From contig CAVXYC010000013.1 in assembly GCA_963765765.1 (NCBI GenBank), positions 1 to 18,506 of the forward strand: 18,506 bases of DNA. The letters are read 5' to 3'. Positions 1-10,540 of the stretch are shown piece by piece. The notes beneath the pieces are model-generated. The model was not told the DNA's origin, ran no database searches, and saw only the letters and a program-made list of their open reading frames with translations. The position numbers and the translations under genes were made by a program. This DNA comes from an uncultured Chloroflexia bacterium. Its GTDB lineage: Bacteria > Chloroflexota > UBA6077 > JACCZL01. Position 1 is the stretch's first letter; every line of letters begins with the position of its first letter.

Positions 1-462
1 TGGATATGTCTCCAATGCCAGGCTAATCTGACTATGTCCAAGTATTTCTGGAACGATTTTCGGGTGCTGTTGATCCGCCAACATGACACTGCCAAGCTGT
101 GCCGGAGGTCGTGAAATCGGATTTTCGGCAGTTCGGCGCGTTTCAGGGCTCGAACGACCCGCGTATTAGATTGCTGTGCTCCAAAGGTGTTCCAGTGCGG
201 TGCAGAACACAAGATCACCGACCGACCATACTGAACCGGCGGCAAGGCGCTGCTCAAGTTGATTGACGTAACGTTTAGGGAAACTCTCACCGCAAGATCG
301 TCCAAGTCAATGTGCCGCCGGACTGGCGGCTCTTAGGTTCACTTTCGACGAAACCCAGGCCTTTGACGCGTCCGAGCGTGCGGTGCACTTGGAGGACGCC
401 TGCTTGAGATCAATGTCCGACCATTTCAACCCGCGGAGTTCACCCTGACGCATGCCGAGCTC
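1..462 (-). pseudogene. Tyrosine recombinase/integrase catalytic domain; N-terminally truncated, frameshifted, runs off the window start
   Basis: Manual minus-strand translation across several indels gives GMRQGELRGLKWSDIDL...VHRTLGRVKGLGFVESEPKSRQS...LVFCT..GTPL...LPKIRFHDLRHS (HDLRH at 99-113)...HPKIVPEILGHSQISLALETY (Tyr codon at 4-6). This is the R-K-HxxR-H-Y catalytic set of phage/ICE-type integrases. Upstream of about 462 the sequence no longer resembles an integrase. Confidence 0.88.
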
Positions 463-1039
463 GGTCACTGGTTCTTCTGGGACCAGAGCGAACGGGTGGC
501 CCAACGCTGACCGTGGCATTCCTGGGCACATTGGCGTGACACTGTTGATCTTTGTCTTGCATGACCGTGCGCAGGACCCGCCGCATCATCCTTCTGGCTT
601 CACACGTAGTCCCGTCTCTTTCTCAACGGGGCATTCCTCGTAGGATCGCCTGTATATCGGTCCGCGGTGCCGGTCCCGGCGCGAGTTCCTCGGTGCTCTC
701 GAGCGGCCAAGGTTCTATAAAAGACCTCCACGTGGGCGCTCCCATCGGTTTCCCCGGCCCGATCGCTTGCCCGCCCTGCCACCGAGAATTCTGGCGCGCA
801 GAAGAGCTGTTCCGTGCTCAAACTCGTTCGTTTCCAGGCCAAAGGTCCCCTGGAGCGTCGGGCCGGCATTTCGCGTCGTTGGGATAGCGTTCCACTGCCT
901 AGGCTATGATGCCCCGAGAGCTGGCACTCGACAGAAGCACTTGAGCGGGTGTTCGTTTGCTAGATACCTTCTCTCGAAACCTCATGGAGCGATCTGGTCA
1001 TGCCCAATGACAACTTGTCCCGGGAGCCGATCAGGGGGA

Positions 1040-4000
1040 CTGACGCTCGACTGGAGAAGCATCCGACATCTGAACGGCGCAGAGACAAGGGCTTCGAGGA
1101 GCTGTGTGCGCAACTGGCGCGCGCGGAGAGCCCTGCAGACTCGGAGTTCGTCAGGAAGGGGACACCTGATGCGGGCGTGGAGTGCTACGCCATCCTCAGC
1201 GACTCAAATGAATGGGGGTGGCAATCGAAGTACTTCAACGGGCTCGCAGAAGCGCAGTGGTCACAACTAGACGAGTCTATCGAAACGGCTCTTGAGAAGC
1301 ACCCGAGGCTCATTCGGTACTTCGTGTGTGTTCCAGTTGACCGCTCCGATGCACGAGTGCCGCGACGCAGATCTGAAATGGATCGCTGGCGGGACCATGA
1401 AGCTAAGTGGCGCACATGGGCTTCCGACCGCGGGATGACGGTGGAGTTCGTCGACTGGGGAAGTCACGAGCTAATTGAACGCCTCTCTCAGGCCGGAACA
1501 TACGGGAAGACTCCGTTTTTGGTTCGATGCCCGGGCCTCGACGGGGCCTGGTTCTCGGCGAGACTAGAGGAGGCGTTGCGCACTGCGGGCCCTCGCTCAC
1601 ACCCCAGATCCACGTCGACCTTCCGGTCGCACGCGAATTTGAGGCGTTTCGGCGGACTCCTAGCTTCTTCGAGCGCGAGAAGAGCCGGGCTCGCACGATT
1701 CGCGAAAAAGTGCGGAGGTTCGACCACTCGTCTGGGACAGACGACGATACGACCGGTGAGGCGGCATCCGTCGTGTCAGCGAAGGTTTGGGCCGTTCTCG
1801 CTGCTCTCGGCGGCATGAGAGCGCAGCCGACGGGGCCACTGTCGTTCGGGGACATCGCCGCCAAGCTTGAGGAGTCTGAAACCGCGGCTGATGGACTTAT
1901 CACGCCAGATGGACGCAAGCGAACAGGAGTGGGATGCTGAGTCCGCCGCGACGGACCCTGAGAGACACTCCAACCTTCGAAACTCGTACAGAGAGCGGCG
2001 AGCCCGGCTGTTCAACCTGACTACTGAACTCTCCGATGTCCGCGAGTCCCTCATCTACGCGGAGGGTGTCGCGGGCGCGGCCGTAATGGTGCTTCGCGGC
2101 GACGCGGGTACCGGAAAAACCCACCTTCTTTGCGACATCGCGGAACAGCGAGTCGCCACAGGGCGCCCGACGGTGCTCCTGATGGGCCAGCGGTTTTTGA
2201 GTAATGACACGCCCTGGTCGCAAGCGCTTCAGCAATTGGATATGACACGGTTATCTGCGGAGGAGTTCATCGGTGCTCTAGAGGCCGCGGCTCAAGCCGC
2301 TGATTCACGTGCGCTCCTACTCATCGATGCACTTATAGGGTGCGGGGCGAACTCTTTGGCCCAGCAACCTTCCGGCCTTTCTTAGACAGGCAGCGGGCTC
2401 TCCCTGGATCGGCGTGGTTCTGGCCATTCGCTCGTCCTATGAGGAGCTTCTCATTCCGGAGGCCGTGCGGGCGCGCGCTGCCATCATCGAACACCACGGA
2501 TTTACGGAACACGAGTACGACGCCGCCAAGACGTTCTTCATTCACTATGGAATGGAGCTTCCGTCGACCCCTCTGCTGGCCCCCGAGTTCCGTAACCCGC
2601 TTTTTCTTAAGACGCTGTGCCAGGGCCTCAACGTGATGGGAGAGCGCCGGCTTCCTCGCGGCTTTCAAGGATCACCCGCGTGTTCGACTTCTACCTTAGC
2701 GCGATTAATGAACGCCTCGCCTCAAGTCTTGACTTCGACAAGCGGACGCCACTGGTACGTCGAGCACTGGAGGCGTTCTCCGAAGAGCTTATCGAACCGG
2801 TGGGAACATTGGCTGGATCTCCCAACAGCGACGGAGATCGTAAATACCTTTCTTCCCGGACGGGGATCGAACACTCCCTCTATCGCGGTCTGGTCGCGGA
2901 AGGGCTCCTGATCGAAGACGCGCCTCGCCGGCTGACTGCAGACACTGAGGACATTGTTTTCTTCGCATAGAGCGCCTCGCTGATCACCTCACAGCAAGGG
3001 CTTTGCTGGACCGATCGCCAGACGCTGCCGCTCTACCATCGGCGTTTGAGCAGGACGGGCCCTTATCGTTTATTTGCGACGAGACTACATATGTCTCGCC
3101 CGGTCTACTTGAAGCGCTGTGCATTCAGGTCCCTGAGCGAAGTGGCAAAGAGCTCGTCTCCGTCGCACGGCCTGTGTGTCGCAGTGGGCGCTAAAAAGCG
3201 CCTTCAGACAGAGTCTCGTCTGGCGCGGGTACGCCGCATTTTCCGAAGACACATTTCAGGCGATCGATGACTTCTCCGATACCGAGCACGACCTATACGA
3301 TACGCTCGATGTTCTCCTGACCGTCGCGACGCTACCTGAGCACCCGCTTAACGCGCTGTTCCTCGATAGACGGCTAAGAGATGATGCGCTAGCCGACTGC
3401 GATGCCTGGTGGAGTGTTCACCTTCACCAGACGTGGGGTAGTCAAGGGGCGGTCGACAGGCTGGTCGACTGGACGTCTTCAGTCACGTCGACTACGTCAA
3501 TCGATGATGAGACAGTGGACTTGTGCTCGATTGTGGTCGCCTGGATGTTCAGCACATCGAATCGGTTCCTACGTGATCGCGCGACCCAGGGGCTGGTGAG
3601 CCTGCTTACTGGCAGACTGGAGGGAGCCACTCGTCTTGTGGAGCGGTTCTCGGATGTGGATGACCCATACGTCGCTGAGCGAGTCTACGCGGTTGCATAC
3701 GGTGTGGCCATGCGATGCCACGAACCTGCCGCAGTCGGCACATTGGCGAGGTCTGTGTATGGTCACGTGTTTGCGTCCGGCAATCCTCCCCCACAGATCC
3801 TCCTTCGCGACTACGCACGCGGCGTAGTCGAGCGCGCAACCTACCTGGGCTCGGATATCGATGTGGATCCGCAGTTGATTCGTCCGCCCTATACGAGCAA
3901 GTGGCCCGTCATTCCGACGGAAGAAGACATAGAGCCGCTCCTGCCCGACTGGTCTGCGGGGGCATATGACTGCGGTGATAGCGCGTGGGCGCGGAACCGC

Positions 4001-5690
4001 ATCGGTATGTCGGTGATGAATGACGATTTTCCCCGATACGTGATCGGTACGAACTGGTGGATATCTAGCGATTGGCTGTCGATAAGACTGGACGAGGCAC
4101 CTTGGGAGCCGCCGAGTCTCGAACACCAATTGCAGGCGTTTGTTCCGGAGTTGTCCGATACAGAGCGGGAAGCATTTGACCGAATCTCAAGCTGCTGCGG
4201 AGGCGTACCTGAGACAGCATTTCGATCGTTCCGCCACGCTGGATTACGCAGCACGACGATGTCCTCAGTGAGCGCGCACGACACATGTCGACGGCCTTGT
4301 CGAGGAGATGCTGAGTGCACAGCCGCCCGAGCTCCTTCGCTTAGAGCAAGAGAGGGAACGGGCGGAGGCTATTCGCGCACGCCTCCTTACCGAAGAGCAC
4401 GCACGGCGATTCGGGCCGAGGAATTGATACAGCGGACGGAAAACGATCGCGAAATGTCCCGGCCTCCCCGCTTCGATCTCCGCCAAGTCCAACGATACAT
4501 TCTCCGGCGAGTGTTTGACCTTGGATGGACGAGCCGAACGTTTCGGAAAGTTCGACCGATTCTCAATTGGATACCATGGTCGCCCAGCGAGAAAAGCCGA
4601 GCGGATTGGCAAGAAGTACCAGTGGATTGCCTACCACAAGATCACGGCCTTTCTTTCCGACCACTTTCAGTATCTCGGGAGATTGCGAGAGGAGCACAGT
4701 GATCGGGAATACGAAGGTCCCTGGCAGCTCTACCTTCGCGACATTGATCCATCCTGCACCTTGCGATCGTTGCCAGGAAGGAAGTCACGGGATGGCGACG
4801 CAGCAGTGTGGTGGACAGCCTCGGTACGACAGGGGGGGAGATCCCAACAACCCTCGCCACTGGATCGCGGATTATAGCGACCTCCCCAAGGTCGAGGACT
4901 TACTAGTGACCACGCATCCTGAGAGCGGCGCTCGCTGGTTGAACGGCACGGGTTTCTTTAATTGGAAGGAACGAGTACCAGCCGATCGGGACATAATCGA
5001 CGTCGGGAGCCGTGAGCTTTGGTACGCCTGCACGGGCTACTTGATACGGAGCGATGAAGCCGAGCGGTTCTTGGAGTGGGCGGAAACCGTCGACTTCTGG
5101 GGGCGCTGGATGCCCGAACCTGCTGAATTCCACGGAGTGTTTCTGGGCGAGCATGTATGCGTCACCGCGTTTCGCTACGCCCAGCAATCCAATGATGGAG
5201 ACCAGGGGTGGATTCAGCCAAACGGAAACTGTCCAGTCAAAGTCCGCACAACAGCATTGGAGTACAGCCGATCGGCGGACGACTTCGATTGTTCCATCGA
5301 AGAGGGCTATGGGCTTCCGACCTCCCGGTAGTGCGCTCATTACGGGCATGAGAATCAGATGGAGCGGTGATGATGCGAGCTTTCTTGACTCTGCGGAACG
5401 AATCGCTGCACAAGACCCGAGCGTCGGTGCCGATGGACCGTCCGCCTTGCTCTTCCAGAAATCTCCAGGAATTCCTAGCGCGGGAAAGATTAACCGTATG
5501 TTGGGCGATCCTTGGCGAGAAAAGAGTGATCCCCGCGGCCTCAGCGGATGCCGCACTGCCCTCTCTCCGAGTTTCTGGTGCATACATGCTCTCGGACGGG
5601 CAGCCATCCGGCCTTCACCAATTACATGCTCGACGACCAGGACGAAGATCCCTACCAGCCGTACGAGGATTCTGGGTACGGTAAGAAGTT
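1040..5690 (+). CDS. avs2: AVAST (Avs2-like) STAND NTPase anti-phage protein with N-terminal Mrr-like nuclease, about 1,500 aa, broken by more than 10 indels; start and end approximate
   Basis: Consecutive ORF fragments join into one protein: LDWRSIRHLNG/FEELCAQLAR..DAGVECY..WGWQSKYF (nuclease), AGPR(Y)TPQIHVDL, Walker A GDAGTGKTH, Walker B LLLIDAL, PLLAPEFRNPLFLKTLC, DAWWS, WMFSTSNRFLRDRATQGLV, DDPYVAERVYAVAYG, ILLRDYARG, DFPRYVIG, ERIGKKYQWIAYH, YEGPWQLYLRDIDPS, WAILGEKRVI, SGAYML. The apparent stop at 2968-2970 disappears with a one-base insertion (FAYERLADHL). The Avs2 versus Avs4-clade assignment rests on remembered motifs. Confidence 0.8.
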
Positions 5691-5708
5691 CTGTTTAGGA
5701 CATCCAAT

Positions 5709-6522
5709 CTACGCCACACCCCTTGCCGTTACGCCTTTAACCCAAGCAGGCCGAGATGACGGCTTAATGAGCACCCCGAGCTCCGACAGGGTGATGTCGA
5801 TCGGTGTGCCGAAGACAGTGGTGGTGCTGAAAAATGCCAGCCGACCGGCGTCTATGGTGAGCAGTAGCGGGACAACGATTGACACATTGTCATGGTCGGG
5901 CGGCGTCTGATCACGTACTCCATCAGGCGGTGGATAGGCGGCAACCTCACGCAGCAGCGCAATCAGTACGGGGTCGGCGCTGACCTCGATCTGCTCATGC
6001 AGCCGAGTAAGCAGATGCGCTCGCCATTCGGCGTAATTCTCGATCCGGGGGGCGATCCCGGCGGGATGGAGGCTGCAGCCGGATCACGTTAACTGGCGGC
6101 TGGAGCAGGTTTGGTTCGGCTCCCACCAGTAATGGGGCGACAGCTCGATTCGCCGCGACGAGCGACCAGTGCCGATCAATCGCCATCGCCGGATAGGGCT
6201 CGTGCGCTGCCAGAATGAGGTCTATCGCCTGCCGTGCCGCCACTAGGGCCGGGTCATCGAGGTGACGCTCGGGAAAGATCGGCGCATAGCCAGCGGCCAC
6301 CAGCAGGATGTTCCGCTCCCGCAACGGGATCGCCAGCTGCTCGGCCAGATGGAGTACTAGCTCGCGGCTCGGTCTGGCGCGGCCGGTTTCTACAAAGCTG
6401 AGGTGTTTGGCCGAGACGTCAGCCTCAAGGGCCAGGTCGAGCTGGCTCATCCGCCGGCGCTGCCGCCACGTTCGTAACAATTCGCCGACGGACTCGGCTT
6501 GCGATACGCGCTGATGAACCAC
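5709..6522 (-). CDS. XRE-family HTH transcriptional regulator with MmyB-like ligand-binding domain; one frameshift near 6075, aberrant C-terminus
   Basis: VGELLRTWRQRRRMSQLDLALEADVSAKHLSFVETGRARPSR (HTH), AHEPYPAMAIDRHWSLVAAN, PPVNVIRL. After the shift: HPAGIAPRIENYAEWRAHLL...LAFFSTTTVFGTPIDITLSELG. Stop TAG at 5711-5709. Confidence 0.9.
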
Positions 6523-6790
6523 GATTCAACACCTTCAGTCATTCTGTTGTTGGCGACGAGGGCCATGGCTACGCTGCTGAGCGAATGAAGACGTCGCGCC
6601 TCCGACCGCCGAAGTTCGGCGTTGGGCCGTTGCTGCCTGCAACGGGGCCACCTCGGCCGGCGTAATAGTGGTATTGGGAGGACGGGAGCGAGCCGACGAC
6701 TGTCTGAGCCACACATTGTCTCGTGTGTCGTGGCCCCTGTAGACCTCTCGTCTCACGCCGCCACCCTAAACGGCCAGAGTCGGACGATCG

Positions 6791-6850
6791 ATTACCTTCG
6801 AAGTAATTGATTGTCAGGCTCACGGCCAATATCGTGAATTCGAAGGTCAT
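6791..6850 (+). promoter_or_regulatory. Putative sigma70 promoter of the DUF1772-like gene bracketed by two related palindromic operators
   Basis: ATTACCT-TCG-AAGTAAT (6791-6807) and GTGAATT-CGA-AGGTCAT (6834-6850) flank TTGATT (6807-6812) - 17 nt - TATCGT (6830-6835). Confidence 0.6.
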
Positions 6851-6894
6851 GAGATCCGCCTGGCGGCGACAGCGCTGGGGTTAAGAGGTACTCC

Positions 6895-7437
6895 ATGAGA
6901 CACAATCGAGTTGCGTTCACCATCCTAACCGCCTACCTCTGGGTCATGTGGATTCTGCTGGGAAGCATTGTTCTTGAGACATTCATGATCTACCCAAATA
7001 TCTTCCGTGATGTTCCTACATCGCTTGAAGAGGCGCTTCGATTCATGTCTGTTCGGGCGCCAAAGGACTTCTTCCCACCGCTCGGATTCATCAGTTGGGT
7101 CACTGGCGCCGGGTCACTGGTGCTCACCTGGAAGGTGAAGGAGGCTCGGTTTTGGGTCATCGGAAGCCTTGTCATGATTGTCATCGATGGGGTTTTTTCG
7201 ATGGCGTTCGCCTGGCCGCGGAACACCATCATGTTTGTCGAGGGAACCGCGATTCATTCGGCCGAGGTGCTCATACAGACTGCCCGGGAGTTTCAAGTGC
7301 TGCATTGGTTGCGGCTCGCACTCAGCGCGGCAGGCTCGGCGCTTCTCTTCATTGGATTCCTGCGCTTCTACCGTCAGACGCTCGTAACGAGCGGATCCGT
7401 GGGACGGCCCTCAGAGCGCTCCATGAGCGTCGCATGA
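6895..7437 (+). CDS. DUF1772/anthrone-oxygenase-like integral membrane protein (180 aa)
   Basis: Intact ORF with GAGGT RBS and about 4 hydrophobic helices. Motifs LLGSIVLETFMIYPNIFRDVPTSL, FFPPLG, FAWPRNTIMF, LHWLRLAL. Confidence 0.75.
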   Translation: MRHNRVAFTILTAYLWVMWILLGSIVLETFMIYPNIFRDVPTSLEEALRFMSVRAPKDFFPPLGFISWVTGAGSLVLTWKVKEARFWVIGSLVMIVIDGVFSMAFAWPRNTIMFVEGTAIHSAEVLIQTAREFQVLHWLRLALSAAGSALLFIGFLRFYRQTLVTSGSVGRPSERSMSVA

Positions 7438-7518
7438 CAGCGCGTTCCAGAGCCGGAAGTTGTTCAGGGCAACGGATCAGCCTGGATCGCTGATGAAGAA
7501 CGCTGAGATCTCAGGAGG

Positions 7519-7806
7519 GGTGGCCGATAGCTGATACCAGACGGTGGCTCGCTGAGCCTGGCTTCGTGCTTCTGGTCGCAGGATCGCCAGCCTTGTCGTC
7601 GGGCCAATTGGACACGTTCGAGCCGGGCAATTCTGGGTCGACTACGTTTCTGGATCACCAAGCACCGTGGCTGGTGCCAATGCTCATCAGCGCCTTCGGC
7701 TGCGTTGACGATCCTGATTGGCGCGGCGTTCGCGCTCTTCCCGGTCTCCATTGGATCCTTGGCGTTCTCGGTTACGAGACGGTGTACGGCGCCCGGCACT
7801 TCATGA
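7519..7806 (+). CDS. Possible small frameshifted membrane protein (hypothetical)
   Basis: An AGGAGGGG RBS-like site and GTG near 7519 are followed by hydrophobic segments in different frames (GFVLLVAG/ASLVVG, APWLVPMLISA/ALTILIGAAFALFPVSIGSLAF). No family recognised. Confidence 0.25.
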
Positions 7807-7876
7807 GTGGTGCGGTAGGAAACCTCCCATCGCGATTGCAAACCTCCCGTCATCGTGTGGGCCACTCACTCAGGAA

Positions 7877-9172
7877 TTATCGGCACGCCTGCTGATCTGG
7901 CCGTTCGCTGAGTCGAACTGTGACATCCTGGCGCTGGCCGTTACGCACGATGCCCAGTGACGCGGTGTCGTTCGGGCGCTTGGTGTTTTCAATGTACGCC
8001 CGCAGATCTCCGCCCGCGGTGAGCTCGCGACCATCGATTCCCACGATGACGTCACCCCCGATCCGGAGCTGCACACCGTTCAGGTTGATTACCCGGCTTC
8101 CCGCCTGGATGCCGGCCTGCGCCGCGCCGGCGGTGGCCTCCTGCACGAGTAGTCCGTTCTGATTTGGCGGGATACCGGCTTGCTGCTTCACGGCCTGGCC
8201 GAGACGCGCCAAGGAGATCGTGGTGATGCCTATAAAGGGGTGGCGGTAGCAGCCGTTCTGGATGAGCTCCGGGACGACCCGTTTGGCGACATTGATCGGG
8301 ATGGCGAACCCTATACCAATGTTGCCGCCAGACCCTGAAAGAATGGCCGTGTTAACGCCGATCACTTCCCCAGCCGAGTTGAAGAGGGGCCCACCGGAGT
8401 TCCCCGGGTTGATGGCGGCGTCCGTCTGGATTGCGCCGCCCAATAGGTCAATACCGGTGCTACCACCCTCTTCAAGCGGACTCCGGATTGCGCTAACAAT
8501 GCCAGCGGTGACGGTTTGCGAGAGACCGAGGGGCGAGCCGATAGCAATGGCGTCAGAGCCGATCCTGACGCGGTCCGAGTCACCCAGTGTGACCGGGCTC
8601 AGTAAGCCGCGAATCGGGTTGCCGCTTGCGTCGGTTCCACTAGGGTCTACCCTGATGACTGCCAGGTCGTTGTCCGGGTCGCGTCCAACGAGGGTGGCAG
8701 GGACAGTGGACCGATTCTTGAAGGTCACATTGAGCTGGGTGGCGTCCTGGACAACGTGATTGTTCGTTACGATGTGGCCATCATTATCGATGATAAATCC
8801 CGTGCCTGTTCCCTGCTGAGCGGCGGGCCCAGAGGGCGTGCTGGCTACGGCAATGCTGGTGATGTTGACCACCAGCGGGGAGTTGCGATCGTAAACCTGA
8901 ATGGCAGGGTTGGAGTCGGGTGCGGTTGCCGGGGCACTACCTGCGGATTGCTGCACCGCGACGGGAGCGCTGGCAGGAGCTGCTTGCGCAGCCGCCGGCG
9001 GACTTGCCACGGCCGACTGCGTCGTAGCAGGCGGTTGAGTCGTCGCTGGAGGTGGGGGCGTGGGCTGCGATGCCTGCTGGTTGTCCTGGCTCTGCGCACA
9101 GCCAGCCATCAAGAAGACAACGGCGAGCCCGCATGTTTGGAAGCGACGGGTAAGGCCGGAATGCGTGAACAT
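7877..9172 (-). CDS. htrA: HtrA/DegP-like trypsin-type serine protease with one PDZ domain, probable lipoprotein
   Basis: GTGFIIDNDGHIVTNNHVV (His), DNDLAVI (Asp), IQTDAAINPGNSGGPL (Ser) and C-terminal PDZ (GDVIVGIDG). Start placed at ATG 9172 behind GGAGAG. Signal peptide ends LMAG-C and is followed by a Pro/Ala/Gln linker. Confidence 0.93.
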   Translation of the reverse strand: MFTHSGLTRRFQTCGLAVVFLMAGCAQSQDNQQASQPTPPPPATTQPPATTQSAVASPPAAAQAAPASAPVAVQQSAGSAPATAPDSNPAIQVYDRNSPLVVNITSIAVASTPSGPAAQQGTGTGFIIDNDGHIVTNNHVVQDATQLNVTFKNRSTVPATLVGRDPDNDLAVIRVDPSGTDASGNPIRGLLSPVTLGDSDRVRIGSDAIAIGSPLGLSQTVTAGIVSAIRSPLEEGGSTGIDLLGGAIQTDAAINPGNSGGPLFNSAGEVIGVNTAILSGSGGNIGIGFAIPINVAKRVVPELIQNGCYRHPFIGITTISLARLGQAVKQQAGIPPNQNGLLVQEATAGAAQAGIQAGSRVINLNGVQLRIGGDVIVGIDGRELTAGGDLRAYIENTKRPNDTASLGIVRNGQRQDVTVRLSERPDQQACR

Positions 9173-9640
9173 CGTGCTCTCCATGGTCATTGGCAATCGA
9201 ATGTGCGCGGGGCCAGGCTGCTGCAAGTGCGCGGTTCCTACAGCCAGGACGGCGCCAGCGCTAGCAAGATGTGCGCCAGGTCTGGCGGCGTCTCATTGAG
9301 GTATGTCGAAGTCCCGCGACCGATGCCCTTCTTTGAAGGAAGCGTCCTGCCAAGCTCGAGATCAGTGGTGGCGCAGGCCGTTGCTGGCGATTTCAGTCAA
9401 AGCTCAATTGGTGCTTGACTTGTCAAACAGTTGACATCTCTTTTCGACGAAACCTGCGAATTTTGTGTCGGACGGTGTCCGCTCTCAACTCTTCCTTCAC
9501 CGGGGCATGGAGTTTGGGGCGGACATTTTTGTGCTCACATTCAGCTTTGTGTCGGCCTGCCGATGTTCCGCCCGCCGTTACCTTTCTGCTTGTGAGCCAC
9601 TCACACTATCCTCTTGGCATACGTGGAGAGAGGTAATCTC

Positions 9641-10523
9641 GTGAGCACTGATTTCATAGGCGATCCGGGGACTCCGCAGGCGCAGCGGCTGAAGGGCAAG
9701 GTAGCGATCATCACCGGCGCCGGATCGCGCCCGGCGACGACAGATCAGCCGATCTTGGGGAACGGTAAGGCCATGGCGATCATCTTTGCCCGTGAGGGCG
9801 CGAAGGTTGCCATCCTCGATGGACAGCTCGAGTGGGCGGCCGAAACGCAGAAAATCATCGAGAGCGAAGGCGGCAAGTCGATTCTCATCGAAGCCGACGT
9901 CTCGGACGAAGCGTCGTGCAGGTCAGCCGTGGATCGGACCGTGGATGCATTTGGCGCACTCCACGTACTGGTCAACAACGTGGGGATTACTGGTCCTGCA
10001 GGGAATGCTGTGGAAGTGGACATGGAAGCCTGGGATCAGGCGATGCGTGTCAACGTAGGTTCCATGGTGATGATGTCCAAGTACGCAGTGCCGAAAATGA
10101 TTGAAGTCGGCGGCGGATCGATCATCAATCTCTCGTCCATGGTCGGCATTGAGGGTGGGCATCCCAGCTTGCTCTACCCGACTTCGAAGACGGCCGTGAT
10201 TGGTCTCACAAAAAGCATGGCCGCTCATCACGGTACGAGCGGAGTGCGAGTCAACGTGATCGCTCCCGGCGATGATCTACACGCCGATGGTCGCCTCTAG
10301 AAACATGTCCGACGATCTGCGCCAGGCACGACGATCTGGCTCATTCCTCAAGACCGAGGGCTATGCCTGGGACGTGGCCATGGCGGGCGCCTTTCTTGCC
10401 AGCGACGCTGCGCGCTGGATTACTGGAGTGGTTCTGCCCGTCGATGCCGGCACAACGGCTGGGAAATCCGAGCCGCTCTCGCCCCGGTCCGATGCCAAGC
10501 CGCTGCCGGGGTTCGGTGGATAG
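9641..10523 (+). CDS. Short-chain dehydrogenase/reductase (SDR); one frameshift near 10272
   Basis: KVAIITGAGS..GNG, LVNNVG, IINLSS, catalytic YPTSK, VRVNVIAPG. The second frame continues IYTPMV...ARWITGVVLPVDAG. GTG start at 9641 behind GGAGAGAGG. Confidence 0.92.
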
Positions 10524-10540
10524 GCCGCGGTAAGGGAGTG

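Noticed and set aside
463-1000. Short ORFs on both strands between the integrase and the Avs gene (possible accessory defence genes)
   Set aside because: No recognisable motifs in any frame I translated and no convincing RBS.
1000-1039. ATG at 1000 as the Avs start (MPNDNLSREP...)
   Set aside because: The family-like N-terminus LDWRSIRHLNG lies in another frame beginning near 1040 behind GGGGG, so the 1000 start probably results from an indel near 1080.
1000-5700. Reading the many plus-strand ORFs as a multi-gene novel operon
   Set aside because: The fragments are colinear pieces of one STAND protein, joined by single-base shifts in the middle of motifs.
5548-5910. 120-aa plus-strand ORF
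   Set aside because: It consists of the Avs tail plus the antisense of the regulator's C-terminal domain.
6523-6790. Small ORFs upstream of the regulator
   Set aside because: Arg/Pro-rich shadow-like translations with no supporting motifs.
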